Under the pieces are notes generated by a model, which made no database searches, was not told the DNA's origin, and saw only the letters and a list, made by a program, of their open reading frames with translations. A stretch of DNA of 64,000 nt, from the NCBI GenBank assembly GCA_002420145.1, contig DIHL01000021.1, positions 13,112 through 77,111 of the forward strand, in the 5' to 3' direction. Positions 20,261 to 28,780 of the stretch are shown here, in pieces. Every line of letters starts with the position of its first letter. The stretch's first letter is position 1. The translations under genes and the position numbers were made by a program. The stretch comes from Bacteroidetes bacterium UBA5697 (lineage in GTDB: Bacteria > Bacteroidota > Bacteroidia > B-17B0 > Aurantibacillaceae).

Positions 20261-20794
20261 ATGGCTTTTATCTTACCCGTTAATGGAATTGAACCTAGTT
20301 TAGGAAAAAACACCTTTGTAGCTCCTAATGCAACTATTGTTGGCGATGTGATTTGTGGTGACGATTGCAGCTTTTGGTTTAATGCCGTAGTTCGTGGCGA
20401 TGTAAATTCTATTCGTTTAGGAAATAAAGTTAACATTCAAGATGGAGCAGTCATTCATTGCACTTATCAAAACCTGCCTGCCGGTCAGGCAGGAACAAAA
20501 ACCATTCTAGGTAATAATGTATCTGTTGGGCATAATGCCATTGTGCATGGCAGTTTGGTTCACGACAATGTATTAATTGGCATGGGCGCTATTGTGATGG
20601 ATAATTGCGAAATTGGCTCAAACTCTATTATTGCAGCAGGTGCCGTATTAACAGAAGGCACTAAAGTGCCAAGTGGATGTATTTATGCTGGTGTACCTGC
20701 CAAAAAGGTAAAGGATATCTCTGAAGAATTAATTAATGGCGAAATCAATAGAATTGCCAATAATTACTTAATGTACAGCACTTGGTTTAAATAA
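20261..20794 (+). CDS. Gamma-carbonic-anhydrase-like left-handed beta-helix protein (hexapeptide repeat; YrdA/PaaY-like)
   Basis: 177 aa. The motifs are FVAPNATIVGDV, WFNAVVRGDVNSIRLGNKVNIQDGAVIH and VGHNAIVHG. Confidence 0.8.
   Translation: MAFILPVNGIEPSLGKNTFVAPNATIVGDVICGDDCSFWFNAVVRGDVNSIRLGNKVNIQDGAVIHCTYQNLPAGQAGTKTILGNNVSVGHNAIVHGSLVHDNVLIGMGAIVMDNCEIGSNSIIAAGAVLTEGTKVPSGCIYAGVPAKKVKDISEELINGEINRIANNYLMYSTWFK
20473..20493 (+). repeat. Family C GC-rich palindrome (CCTGCCTGCCGGTCAGGCAGG) inside the gamma-CA-like CDS
   Basis: Perfect 8-bp stem with a 5-nt loop, 21 nt long, so it preserves the frame. It encodes PAGQAG. It is 17/21 identical to an intergenic copy at 63122-63142. Confidence 0.75.
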
Positions 20795-20797
20795 GCA

Positions 20798-20983
20798 CTA
20801 AATACCACAAGAAGTATCCGAAGTAGAAAGAGACTCGCAATGCTTTTTAGCATCACTTTTAGTAGCCTCAACCGTTCCAGCTGTATAAGAGCCATTAGAA
20901 TTTGTGCAAATGCACGTATAGTCTTTTTTGCAAGAAACCACCACAAAGGCAAAAAACAATAGGCAAATTCTTATTACTTTCAT
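20798..20983 (-). CDS. Small Cys-rich lipoprotein (61 aa)
   Basis: Sequence MKVIRICLLFFAFVVVSCKKDY... has a lipobox and four further Cys. An overlapping 62-aa ORF in another frame is less plausible. Confidence 0.45.
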   Translation of the reverse strand: MKVIRICLLFFAFVVVSCKKDYTCICTNSNGSYTAGTVEATKSDAKKHCESLSTSDTSCGI

Positions 20984-21052
20984 TTTTTTAGATTTACTGC
21001 TAAAATAAACAATTAAATGCTAATAAAATTTGGATTTTAGGGAAATAGCCTA

Positions 21053-21060
21053 TATATTTG
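21053..21060 (+). promoter_or_regulatory. -7 box TAtaTTTG (with TTTG at 21029-21032) upstream of rpsU
   Basis: Exact TAnnTTTG match 33 nt upstream of the ATG. A TTTG lies about 20 nt further upstream. Confidence 0.55.
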
Positions 21061-21092
21061 CAGCCCAATTTATAAATTAATAAACTTATATA

Positions 21093-21290
21093 ATGTTAAT
21101 AGTAGCAGTAAAAGAAGGTGAAAGCATTGAAAAAGCTTTAAAAAAGTTCAAAAAGAAATTTGAAAAAACAGGTGTTGTAAAACAATTACGTACTCGTAAA
21201 AATTTCGAAAAACCATCTATCACAAACAGACAAACTCGCATTAAAGCTGTTTACAAGCAAAAAATGCAATTAGGTTTAGCTGCTGAATAG
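21093..21290 (+). CDS. rpsU: 30S ribosomal protein S21
   Basis: 65 aa. The sequence reads MLIVAVKEGESIEKALKKFKKKFEKTGV... Confidence 0.92.
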   Translation: MLIVAVKEGESIEKALKKFKKKFEKTGVVKQLRTRKNFEKPSITNRQTRIKAVYKQKMQLGLAAE

Positions 21291-21323
21291 TTAGTTTCCC
21301 CTTTTTCACAAAAATTATATTAT

Positions 21324-21378
21324 AACCTAAGGTTATTGCGATATTTTAAAGTAATTTCGTAGTAACCTTAGGTTTTTT
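21324..21378 (+). terminator. Long hairpin plus T-run between rpsU and xerC
   Basis: AACCTAAGGTTATTGCGA (16-nt loop) TCGTAGTAACCTTAGGTT pairs at 16/18 positions. It is followed by TTTT and directly abuts the xerC ATG. Confidence 0.55.
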
Positions 21379-22269
21379 ATGTTCAATAAGCAGATAGACT
21401 CTTTCTTTGATTACTTAACGTATGAGAAAAAGTATTCTGTTCATACGATAACCTCCTACAAAAACGATATTAACCAGTTTTTAGCCTTTATTAACCCAAA
21501 TGATGAGGTTTTTATTGTTGGTGACATAAACTATCAACAAATTAGAGCTTGGGTGGCTAGCCTTATTAAAGATAAAATAGCAGCCAGATCTGTTAATCGT
21601 AAATTATCTTCTCTTAAATCATTCTTTAAATATCTGCAACGCCAGCAAATCATTGATGTAAACCCAATGGCTAAAATTTCGGGGCCAAAAACACCTAAAC
21701 GCCTACCCGTTTTTGTGGATGAACATCAAATGGAAGATTTGTTTGCTGAAGTAAAATTTGAAGAAGGTTTTAATGGATTAAGAGATTGCTTAATATTAGA
21801 TTTATTTTATCAAACAGGTATTCGTCGTTCAGAACTCACTCATTTAAAAGAACTTGACGTAGATTTATTTAATTCTACTATCAAAGTTTTAGGTAAGCGA
21901 AATAAAGAACGAATAATTCCAATTTCTTTAGCCTTAAAACGTAACCTTGAAAGCTATTTACAAGTAAAAAAGGAACTAAACTTATCAAATACTATGTTGT
22001 TGGTTAGCGAGAAAGGACATACACTAAGCGAACAATCTGTTTACAATACTGTAAAAAAGTATCTTTCTCAAGTTACGACCATACAAAAGAAAAGCCCACA
22101 TGTTTTGCGCCACTCATTTGCAACCCATTTATTAAATAACGGGGCAGATATTAACGCCGTGAAAGATTTATTAGGGCATGCAAATTTAAGTGCCACACAA
22201 GTATATACGCATAACACCATAGAAAAACTAAAGAAATCATACAAACAAGCACACCCAAGAGGTGATTAA
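21379..22269 (+). CDS. xerC: Tyrosine recombinase XerC/XerD family
   Basis: 296 aa. It has an N-terminal SAM-like domain and catalytic R...[12 protein letters not shown]...ATQVYTH. It sits in the rpsU-xerC-hpf arrangement common in Bacteroidota. Confidence 0.8.
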   Translation: MFNKQIDSFFDYLTYEKKYSVHTITSYKNDINQFLAFINPNDEVFIVGDINYQQIRAWVASLIKDKIAARSVNRKLSSLKSFFKYLQRQQIIDVNPMAKISGPKTPKRLPVFVDEHQMEDLFAEVKFEEGFNGLRDCLILDLFYQTGIRRSELTHLKELDVDLFNSTIKVLGKRNKERIIPISLALKRNLESYLQVKKELNLSNTMLLVSEKGHTLSEQSVYNTVKKYLSQVTTIQKKSPHVLRHSFATHLLNNGADINAVKDLLGHANLSATQVYTHNTIEKLKKSYKQAHPRGD

Positions 22270-22324
22270 ATACATTACAATTAACAGAGTATAAACTAAA
22301 AACACAAAAACAGGAGGATTTATT

Positions 22325-22645
22325 ATGACAACGAACATCCAATCAGTGCATTTTGATGCAGACAAAAAGTTAATTGAATTTGCAAACGAAAAAATGAATA
22401 AACTTAAAACCTTTCATGATGGTTTAATAAATGGCGAAGTCATTATGCGTTTAGATAAATCATCTAATAGCGAAAATAAAGTAGCCGAAATAAAAATATT
22501 AGCAAAGGGACAAGAATTGTTTTCAAAAAAACAATCTGCTTCATTTGAAGAATCGATTGATTTAGCTTGCGAAGCTTTAAAATCTCAAATTAAAAAACAT
22601 AAAGAAAAACAAGCTGGTGCGAGAATAAATACAGATGATTTATAA
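22325..22645 (+). CDS. hpf: Ribosome hibernation promoting factor (HPF/RaiA, short form)
   Basis: 106 aa. IQSVHFDADKKLIEF...KL is typical of the sigma-54 modulation protein/S30EA family. Confidence 0.8.
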   Translation: MTTNIQSVHFDADKKLIEFANEKMNKLKTFHDGLINGEVIMRLDKSSNSENKVAEIKILAKGQELFSKKQSASFEESIDLACEALKSQIKKHKEKQAGARINTDDL

Positions 22646-22664
22646 ATTCTAAATCGTATCTTTT

Positions 22665-22695
22665 AAAAAGGAGCTAAATAATTAGCTCCTTTTTT
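22665..22695 (+). terminator. Rho-independent terminator after hpf
   Basis: GGAGCTAA-ataa-TTAGCTCC followed by TTTTTT. Confidence 0.8.
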
Positions 22696-22718
22696 ATTGC
22701 AAAAAAATCACAATCTTT

Positions 22719-24296
22719 TTGATATATTTGGGTGTGCAACAAAAACCAAAAATCAATATCATAGGCGCTGGCATTTCGGGCTTATCGGCAGGCTGCTATT
22801 TACAAATGAATGGTTTTGAAACTCAAATTTTTGAGAAACATTCTATTCCTGGTGGTTTATGCACTAGTTGGGAAAATGGAGGTTACACCATTGATGGCTC
22901 CATCCATTGGATTTTAGGTTCCAAAAAAGGGAGTGGTTTTTACAAAATGTGGTCGGAATTAATGGATCTTGAAAAAGTTCCTTTTCATAACCACGATGTA
23001 AGAATGCACATTGAAGTAAAAAACTCTGCTGACAAATACGGTAACAAAGTTTTTAAATTGTATACCAACTTAGATAAATTAAAAGCCTACATGCTTGATT
23101 TATCTCCTGAGGATAGTGCAGTGATTAATGAAATCATTCAGGACATTAGAAACTTACAGCAATTTGAATTACCGCCAGTAATGTACAAATTGCCTTTAAT
23201 TCCTTCTATCATCAGAAGTATTAAAATGGCTCGTTATCTTAAGTTTTTAATGTACCTCACAAAACAAAAAAAGATTACAAACTTTGATATTGCCAAAAAA
23301 TTTAAAAGTCCATTTTTAAAAGAAAGCTTCGAACTGTTATTTGACGGAGATGAAATTAAAATGATGGTGATTAATTTTCCGATGGCTTTTTTTGATCAGC
23401 AATGCGCGGGCTATCCAATTGGAGGCTCTTTAAGCTGGGCAAATCGTATTGCCGAAAATTATATTTCATTAGGCGGAAAAATACATTACAATACTCCTGT
23501 CAAAAAAATATTAGTAGAAAACAATGAAGCCAAAGGATTACTTGTTAGAAATGATGTGATTCATAAAAGCGATATGGTTTTATCGACGGCCGATTGGTAT
23601 AAAACGGTGTTTGAATATTTAGATGGCAAATATGTAAATGATACGATTTTAAATTTAAAAGATGGTAAAATATTAGATGTGTACTACTCTATTCTATTGG
23701 TTTCTTTTGGATTAAAAAAATCATACAAAGAGTATCCTCATTTTTCGAGATTCCCAACCGAAGTAAAATTAGAATCTCCTTGTGGGAAAACATGGGACAG
23801 ATTAGAAACTCATTTTTATAACTACGACCCAACATTAGCACCTGAAGGGAAAACAGTAATGGCTTGTAGTTTTTACACTACCAACGGACAATATTGGATT
23901 GATTTAAGAAAAAATGATCGTCCAAAATACAGAGCAGAAAAAAAGAAATTTACAGATTCATTAATTGAATTGTTAAATGTAAAATATCCAGGCATTAAAG
24001 ATGAAATTGAAGTGGTTGATTTTGCGACTCCTGCTACAGTACTGAGATATACCAATAATTGGAAAGGAAGTGCGCAAGGTTGGTTGCCAGGAAAAAACAT
24101 GGCAGCTGCATCTCCTGTAAAATTTACATTACCGAATTTAAAAAACTTTTACTACGCTAGTCATTGGGGAAGAGCTGGTGGCGGCATTCCTATATCGTTA
24201 ATTCAAGCAAGAAACGTGGCAAATTTAATTTGCAAAAAAAATAAGATGGAATTTGATCCTCAAAAAGGTATGAATTCAGGATGGAGTATGAAGTAA
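22719..24296 (+). CDS. NAD(P)/FAD-dependent oxidoreductase, phytoene-desaturase (CrtI)-like
   Basis: Rossmann motif INIIGAGISGLSAGCYL...FEKH. About 520 aa. The start is uncertain (TTG 22719 or GTG 22734). Confidence 0.7.
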   Translation: MIYLGVQQKPKINIIGAGISGLSAGCYLQMNGFETQIFEKHSIPGGLCTSWENGGYTIDGSIHWILGSKKGSGFYKMWSELMDLEKVPFHNHDVRMHIEVKNSADKYGNKVFKLYTNLDKLKAYMLDLSPEDSAVINEIIQDIRNLQQFELPPVMYKLPLIPSIIRSIKMARYLKFLMYLTKQKKITNFDIAKKFKSPFLKESFELLFDGDEIKMMVINFPMAFFDQQCAGYPIGGSLSWANRIAENYISLGGKIHYNTPVKKILVENNEAKGLLVRNDVIHKSDMVLSTADWYKTVFEYLDGKYVNDTILNLKDGKILDVYYSILLVSFGLKKSYKEYPHFSRFPTEVKLESPCGKTWDRLETHFYNYDPTLAPEGKTVMACSFYTTNGQYWIDLRKNDRPKYRAEKKKFTDSLIELLNVKYPGIKDEIEVVDFATPATVLRYTNNWKGSAQGWLPGKNMAAASPVKFTLPNLKNFYYASHWGRAGGGIPISLIQARNVANLICKKNKMEFDPQKGMNSGWSMK

Positions 24297-24302
24297 CACT
24301 TG

Positions 24303-24351
24303 TTCTCGACTTCGCTCGAACTGACATGTTACTTCGTGTGAAGTCGGAAAG
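24303..24351 (-). repeat. Family A repeat (complement-orientation arm plus a degenerate second arm)
   Basis: TTCTCGACTTCGCTCGAACTGACA is followed by TTACTTCGTGTGAAGTCGGAAAG. It lies between convergent genes. Confidence 0.8.
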
Positions 24352-24356
24352 CTTTA

Positions 24357-25376
24357 TTACAACTCACTATAATGTTTCACTCCCTTTACAAAGTGTGTAA
24401 ACACAATATTATTTTCATACACGCCAGTTGTCGAATCTCTAAATTCACTCATTAAACGCATCTCATCACGTTTTTTTAACGTAGATGGTAAATGCTTATA
24501 AAAAGAAAAATGTGCTTTAATAACAGCGAAAAAATGAGAACCATTTCCTTCAAACAAAAACTTAAAGGCTGCTACTCCATCTAAAATCATTCGGTAAATG
24601 ATTTTAAAAAACAAGAACCTTGGCGATGCGTTTTTAGTAAGTGTAATTAAATTATTTCTGAAATTTAAGAATGTTTTTACAGGACTTAATTTATTAAGCG
24701 TTCCTCCTCCAACATGATAAATCACTGATTTTGGTTCTACATAAATTTGGTAGCCAATATTTTTCATTCTCCAACACACATCAATTTCTTCCATGTGAGC
24801 AAAATAATCACCATCAAAACCACCCACTTTCCAAAACGCTTCGGCTCTCACAAACATACATGCTCCTGTTGACCAAAATACCTCAACTGCGTCATTGTAT
24901 TGTCCTTTATCTTCTTCTAACACATTAAATATTCTGCCCCTGCAAAATGGATAACCATATTTATCCATAAATCCACCAGCAGCGCCAGCATATTCAAATT
25001 TAGTTTTGTGATTATAATCTAAAATTTTTGGTTGGCATGCAGCAATTTTAGGATTTGAATCCATTAATTGAATAATAGGATTCAACCAATTAGCCGTTAC
25101 CTCAACATCTGAATTAAGCAACACATAATATTCTGCAGTCACCTGTTTTAATGCTAAATTATAGCCTTGTGCAAAACCATCGTTAGATGGGTTTACAACA
25201 ACAGTCACTTGAGGAAAATGATTCTTTAAAAATTCAACGCTATCATCTGTAGATTGATTATCAGCAACAATAATTTGAGCCTCTTCAGAAAACTTTAAAA
25301 CGATAGGCAAAAACTTTTCGATAAAAGATTTTCCGTTCCAATTTAAAATAACGACAGCTACTTTATTACTCAACAT
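24357..25376 (-). CDS. Family 2 glycosyltransferase
   Basis: The N-terminus VAVVILNWNG...ADNQSTDDS and a DxD-like NSD are typical of GT2. Confidence 0.8.
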   Translation of the reverse strand: MLSNKVAVVILNWNGKSFIEKFLPIVLKFSEEAQIIVADNQSTDDSVEFLKNHFPQVTVVVNPSNDGFAQGYNLALKQVTAEYYVLLNSDVEVTANWLNPIIQLMDSNPKIAACQPKILDYNHKTKFEYAGAAGGFMDKYGYPFCRGRIFNVLEEDKGQYNDAVEVFWSTGACMFVRAEAFWKVGGFDGDYFAHMEEIDVCWRMKNIGYQIYVEPKSVIYHVGGGTLNKLSPVKTFLNFRNNLITLTKNASPRFLFFKIIYRMILDGVAAFKFLFEGNGSHFFAVIKAHFSFYKHLPSTLKKRDEMRLMSEFRDSTTGVYENNIVFTHFVKGVKHYSEL

Positions 25377-25379
25377 AAA

Positions 25380-26849
25380 TTAGCGCGGGGTATTAAAGTT
25401 TTCATCCATATTGCTACCAAAAGTTTTTCCCGGCTTTGTGTCATCAATATTTGTAGACTGCTGCGAACGATTTACTAATTTAAATCTCCATCTCTCGTCA
25501 TACATTTCTCCTTTAACATCGCTATGAATCAGTTCGTAACAATCATCGGCAATAGCAAAATTTGCAAACACAAATCTTTTATTTGTAAAGAAACGTTTGG
25601 TTGCTCTATCGTAAATTCTGTAATACTGCCATATTTCGTATGGATACGTATTAGGCTCACTATTTACTTGATTGCGTTGATCTGGTTTACCATATTGCAA
25701 ATATACTCTACCTCTATCAGTATAATATCCTTTTTGTTTACCACACTTTAATAAAGCGTTTGTTTCAAGTACTTCTTTATAATACGAGTACCACAATTGC
25801 AGAGAGTTAGTAGTATCTCCAGCCTGAGTTTTCCAATAATCAACTAAATAACCTCTCATTAAATTTGGCTCTTTGTTCTTTATTTGAATTTGTTGCCATT
25901 CTCTTTCTTTAGTAGAAGATACAGGCCATAAGCATTCTACAAATTGTTTTAAAGAATCTATATTTTGAACTGAATTAAAAAAGTCTTCAATTGTTCTTAT
26001 ATCAGTATTATGAGCAATATTAACTGCATCACTTTGACGTTGGAAGAACCATTTTTTTTGTGATTGCACTTTGTTTAATGAGTCTTTTACTTCAATCACT
26101 AAATTATAATTACCAGAAGGCAATTGAGTGATATCAAACTGAGCTAAAAGTGGGTTAATACGGTTAGCTGATTGTTTTTGAAATCCTGAAAAACCAAATT
26201 GTTTTTCTAAATTCTCATTGTTTTCGATATAATAGAAATAAACAAACTTAGTTCCTTTGCCAATTAGCGTATCCAAATTATATGTTTCCATATAAAATTT
26301 AAGCGCATTTTGTCTTTTAGGAAAGTAATTAATGTTATAAGGAATCAAATCATAACCACTTTTAGTTAATAGTGATGCTGCTGTAGATTTTTTGTAAGAC
26401 TCTAAGATCTGAATATCTGAATTATAGATTTTCTTATCTCTATTAAATGAGATATTGATTTTTTGAGCATGACTCGTTTTTTGATCAGGCTGAGCGTTAT
26501 CTGTAATAACCAACTCTAAATTATATTGTCCGTTATCAAGCGAAAATCTTTGATTATCGATAAAAGATGGCAACTGAAGCGAATCTGTAGTAATAGGACT
26601 TAATAAGTTATAGCTAGATGATTTTACAAGCTCAGCACCTTTAAAAATTTTCCAAGAGATATTAATATTGGCTTGCAATCCACCCGCTACTGGCGAAAAT
26701 TTAACACTATTGCCCGAAATTGTTAAATAGGTTTCCAAATAAGGTTTATTATTTGAGGTGTTAAATACGCCATAATTGAAATAAACTGTAATTGTTGAAA
26801 AAACAGTTTTATAAAAAATGGTTAAAAGGAGAATTAAAAAATATCGCAT
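25380..26849 (-). CDS. GWxTD domain-containing protein
   Basis: The C-terminal region has KGYYTDRGRVYLQYGKPD. A signal peptide is present. It lies 3 nt upstream of the GT2 gene, so probably in the same operon. Confidence 0.7.
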   Translation of the reverse strand: MRYFLILLLTIFYKTVFSTITVYFNYGVFNTSNNKPYLETYLTISGNSVKFSPVAGGLQANINISWKIFKGAELVKSSSYNLLSPITTDSLQLPSFIDNQRFSLDNGQYNLELVITDNAQPDQKTSHAQKINISFNRDKKIYNSDIQILESYKKSTAASLLTKSGYDLIPYNINYFPKRQNALKFYMETYNLDTLIGKGTKFVYFYYIENNENLEKQFGFSGFQKQSANRINPLLAQFDITQLPSGNYNLVIEVKDSLNKVQSQKKWFFQRQSDAVNIAHNTDIRTIEDFFNSVQNIDSLKQFVECLWPVSSTKEREWQQIQIKNKEPNLMRGYLVDYWKTQAGDTTNSLQLWYSYYKEVLETNALLKCGKQKGYYTDRGRVYLQYGKPDQRNQVNSEPNTYPYEIWQYYRIYDRATKRFFTNKRFVFANFAIADDCYELIHSDVKGEMYDERWRFKLVNRSQQSTNIDDTKPGKTFGSNMDENFNTPR

Positions 26850-26945
26850 AGTATTGATTTACAAATTACTGGGGGATGTAAATTTGCATAAAGTTAGTGA
26901 TAAAAAATATTTTATAAAAATTAGTTGTAGAATAAAAAAAATTAC

Positions 26946-26953
26946 TATTTTTG
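26946..26953 (+). promoter_or_regulatory. -7 box TAttTTTG immediately upstream of tRNA-Ser
   Basis: Exact TAnnTTTG match ending 8 nt before tRNA position 1. Confidence 0.5.
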
Positions 26954-26961
26954 CATCCTCT

Positions 26962-27046
26962 GGAGAAATGGCAGAGTGGTCGATTGCGGCAGTCTTGAAA
27001 ACTGTTGAACCGTGAGGTTCCTGGGGTTCGAATCCCTATTTCTCCG
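26962..27046 (+). tRNA. tRNA-Ser (anticodon UGA)
   Basis: Folded by hand. Acceptor GGAGAAA/TTTCTCC, D-stem GCAG/TTGC, anticodon stem GCAGT/ACTGT with loop CT-TGA-AA. Long variable arm GAACC-gtga-GGTTC. T-arm TGGGG-TTCGAAT-CCCTA. Discriminator G. Confidence 0.92.
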
Positions 27047-27050
27047 CTGA
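26986..27050 (+). repeat. attL: 65-bp direct repeat (3' 61 nt of tRNA-Ser plus CTGA)
   Basis: Letter-for-letter identical to 33531-33595. Confidence 0.9.
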
Positions 27051-27057
27051 ATACTCT

Positions 27058-27091
27058 AAACCCCTAGTAAATACTGGGGGTTTTGTTTTTT
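27058..27091 (+). terminator. Terminator-like hairpin after the intact tRNA-Ser (element-borne)
   Basis: AACCCC-(11 nt)-GGGGTT followed by TTGTTTTTT. Confidence 0.55.
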
Positions 27092-27100
27092 ACTACCCTT

Positions 27101-27173
27101 TAGGTGTCGCTAAAATGCACCTCAAAAGACACCATTGCGACACCTATTGATGTATAAAAAGTGGTGTCGCTAA
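27101..27173. promoter_or_regulatory. Putative integrase arm-type sites (TAGGTGTCG / GGTGTCGCTAA, two direct and one inverted)
   Basis: GGTGTCGCTAA occurs at 27103 and 27163. CGACACCTA (inverted) occurs at 27138. The same 9-mer recurs at the other end of the element (33470). Confidence 0.55.
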
Positions 27174-27208
27174 GCTCAGCATAAACTAATTTGTAAACTG
27201 AATTTGTT

Positions 27209-28426
27209 ATGCTTGATCATCTCATTACGCACTTCTACTTGCCTAAAAACAAGAGACTTAAATCTGGTGAAGTTCCTGTTTATTGCAGAATTACATTAAA
27301 TGGAAACCGTGCTACTTTTAGTACAGGCATTTATGTTTATGAAGATTGTTGGAACGCTAAAATCAAACAGGTACACCCAACAGATGCATCAGCGCATTTG
27401 GTTAATCCACGGCTTTTTAAAATTCAGGAGAAAGTGCAGCAAACCTACTTTAAGCTAGAGAGCTTGAATAAAGAGATAACTGCAGCTACACTGGTAGACA
27501 ATTTACTGAACAGAAAGAAAAAAGAAGAGAAAGCAAGAAGCCTGTTTGCACTCTTTGAGAATCATAACAAGAAAGTAAAATCACTTGTGCCTGCAGAGTA
27601 TGCACCTGGTACTTATGAAAGATACTGCACCAGCTTAAAACATATAAGGGATTTTGTAAAGATCAAGTACAAGGCAAATGATTATGCTCTTGTTGATGTA
27701 AACCATGAATTCATAACTGAGTTTGACTACTACCTAAGAGCAACAAGGAAGTGCAACAATAACAGTACGGTGAAATACCTAAAAAACTTTAAGAAGATTA
27801 TACGTATTGCACTTGCAAATAATTGGATTGAGAAAGACCCTTTTGTCAATTACAAAAACAAGCTGGAAAAAGTTGATAGAGGTTACCTAACTGTTGATGA
27901 ACTAAACAAGTTGTGCCAAAAACATTTTACTATCATCCGGCTTGAATTAGTGAAGGATTTATTTGTCTTCCAATGCTTCACAGGTCTTGCTTACGTCGAT
28001 ACTCAAAAACTAACAGAGGAGCACTTGGTTAAAGATGAAAATGGAATAATGTGGATTAGAACTAGGAGAAAAAAAACTGATATTGCAATAAATATTCCAT
28101 TACTGCCTAAGGCAGCTGAAATAATAAATAGGTATAAAGGCTCTATCAAAAATGGTCAACTGTTACCAAAACTAAGCAACCAAAAGATGAATGCCTACTT
28201 AAAAGAGATTGCTGACTTATGTGGTATTGAGAAAAATTTAAGTAGCCATTTGGCCCGCCATACATTTGCCACAGTAGTAACTCTTGCCAACGGAGTAAGT
28301 ATCGAATCCGTTAGCAAAATGCTTGGTCATACTAATCTCAATACAACCAAGATTTACGCACGCATGCTTGATAGCAGGGTTTTGGAAGAGATGCAATTAC
28401 TTACAAAGAAGTTGCAGGATAAATAA
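27209..28426 (+). CDS. int: Tyrosine-type site-specific integrase (Bacteroidota type with N-terminal arm-binding domain)
   Basis: 405 aa. The C-terminal catalytic region reads HLARHTFATVV...LGHTNLNTTKIYAR. Confidence 0.9.
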   Translation: MLDHLITHFYLPKNKRLKSGEVPVYCRITLNGNRATFSTGIYVYEDCWNAKIKQVHPTDASAHLVNPRLFKIQEKVQQTYFKLESLNKEITAATLVDNLLNRKKKEEKARSLFALFENHNKKVKSLVPAEYAPGTYERYCTSLKHIRDFVKIKYKANDYALVDVNHEFITEFDYYLRATRKCNNNSTVKYLKNFKKIIRIALANNWIEKDPFVNYKNKLEKVDRGYLTVDELNKLCQKHFTIIRLELVKDLFVFQCFTGLAYVDTQKLTEEHLVKDENGIMWIRTRRKKTDIAINIPLLPKAAEIINRYKGSIKNGQLLPKLSNQKMNAYLKEIADLCGIEKNLSSHLARHTFATVVTLANGVSIESVSKMLGHTNLNTTKIYARMLDSRVLEEMQLLTKKLQDK

Positions 28427-28429
28427 TTG

Positions 28430-28474
28430 TGCAGGAGTGTTTATTAGCATGTAAACACCTCCTGCATTTTTTTT
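28430..28474 (+). terminator. Rho-independent terminator after int
   Basis: TGCAGGAGTGTTTA...TAAACACCTCCTGCA (one bulge) followed by T8. Confidence 0.8.
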
Positions 28475-28780
28475 AAGTAAGTAAACAAGAAAGATTTAAA
28501 CTTCATGCATTTACTTCATTACATAGCTAGTTTTAAACATTAAAAGTTTATGCGGATAAAAAAGTTGAGCGTGTAATCCTATGCTAGTACTCCACTATTT
28601 CATAGTCCCCCTAGTTAATACAAAAGGGTGTACCCCCCTCGGTGATTTAAATTAGCTGAACTCAATTCATGGTAAATCTAACATGAATTTTTTCTGGCAA
28701 AAAACAAAGTCTTTTTTTCTTCTGCCATCGCAAAAATCTTCCCACCTATTTCTTAAACATCTATCGTGTGATTAAAAACT

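Noticed and set aside
20261-20794. Calling the gamma-CA-like protein PaaY specifically
   Set aside because: It lies about 3 kb from the paa genes, separated by unrelated genes, and the family is broad. I kept the generic family call.
22723-22730. TAtaTTTG box at the start of the CrtI-like ORF as its promoter
   Set aside because: It would leave only an in-frame GTG 4 nt downstream as the start, because the next Met removes the Rossmann motif. The arrangement is ambiguous, so I did not report it as a feature.
26818-27015. 65-aa plus-strand ORF overlapping tRNA-Ser
   Set aside because: It reads through the promoter and the first half of a well-folding tRNA, so it is spurious.
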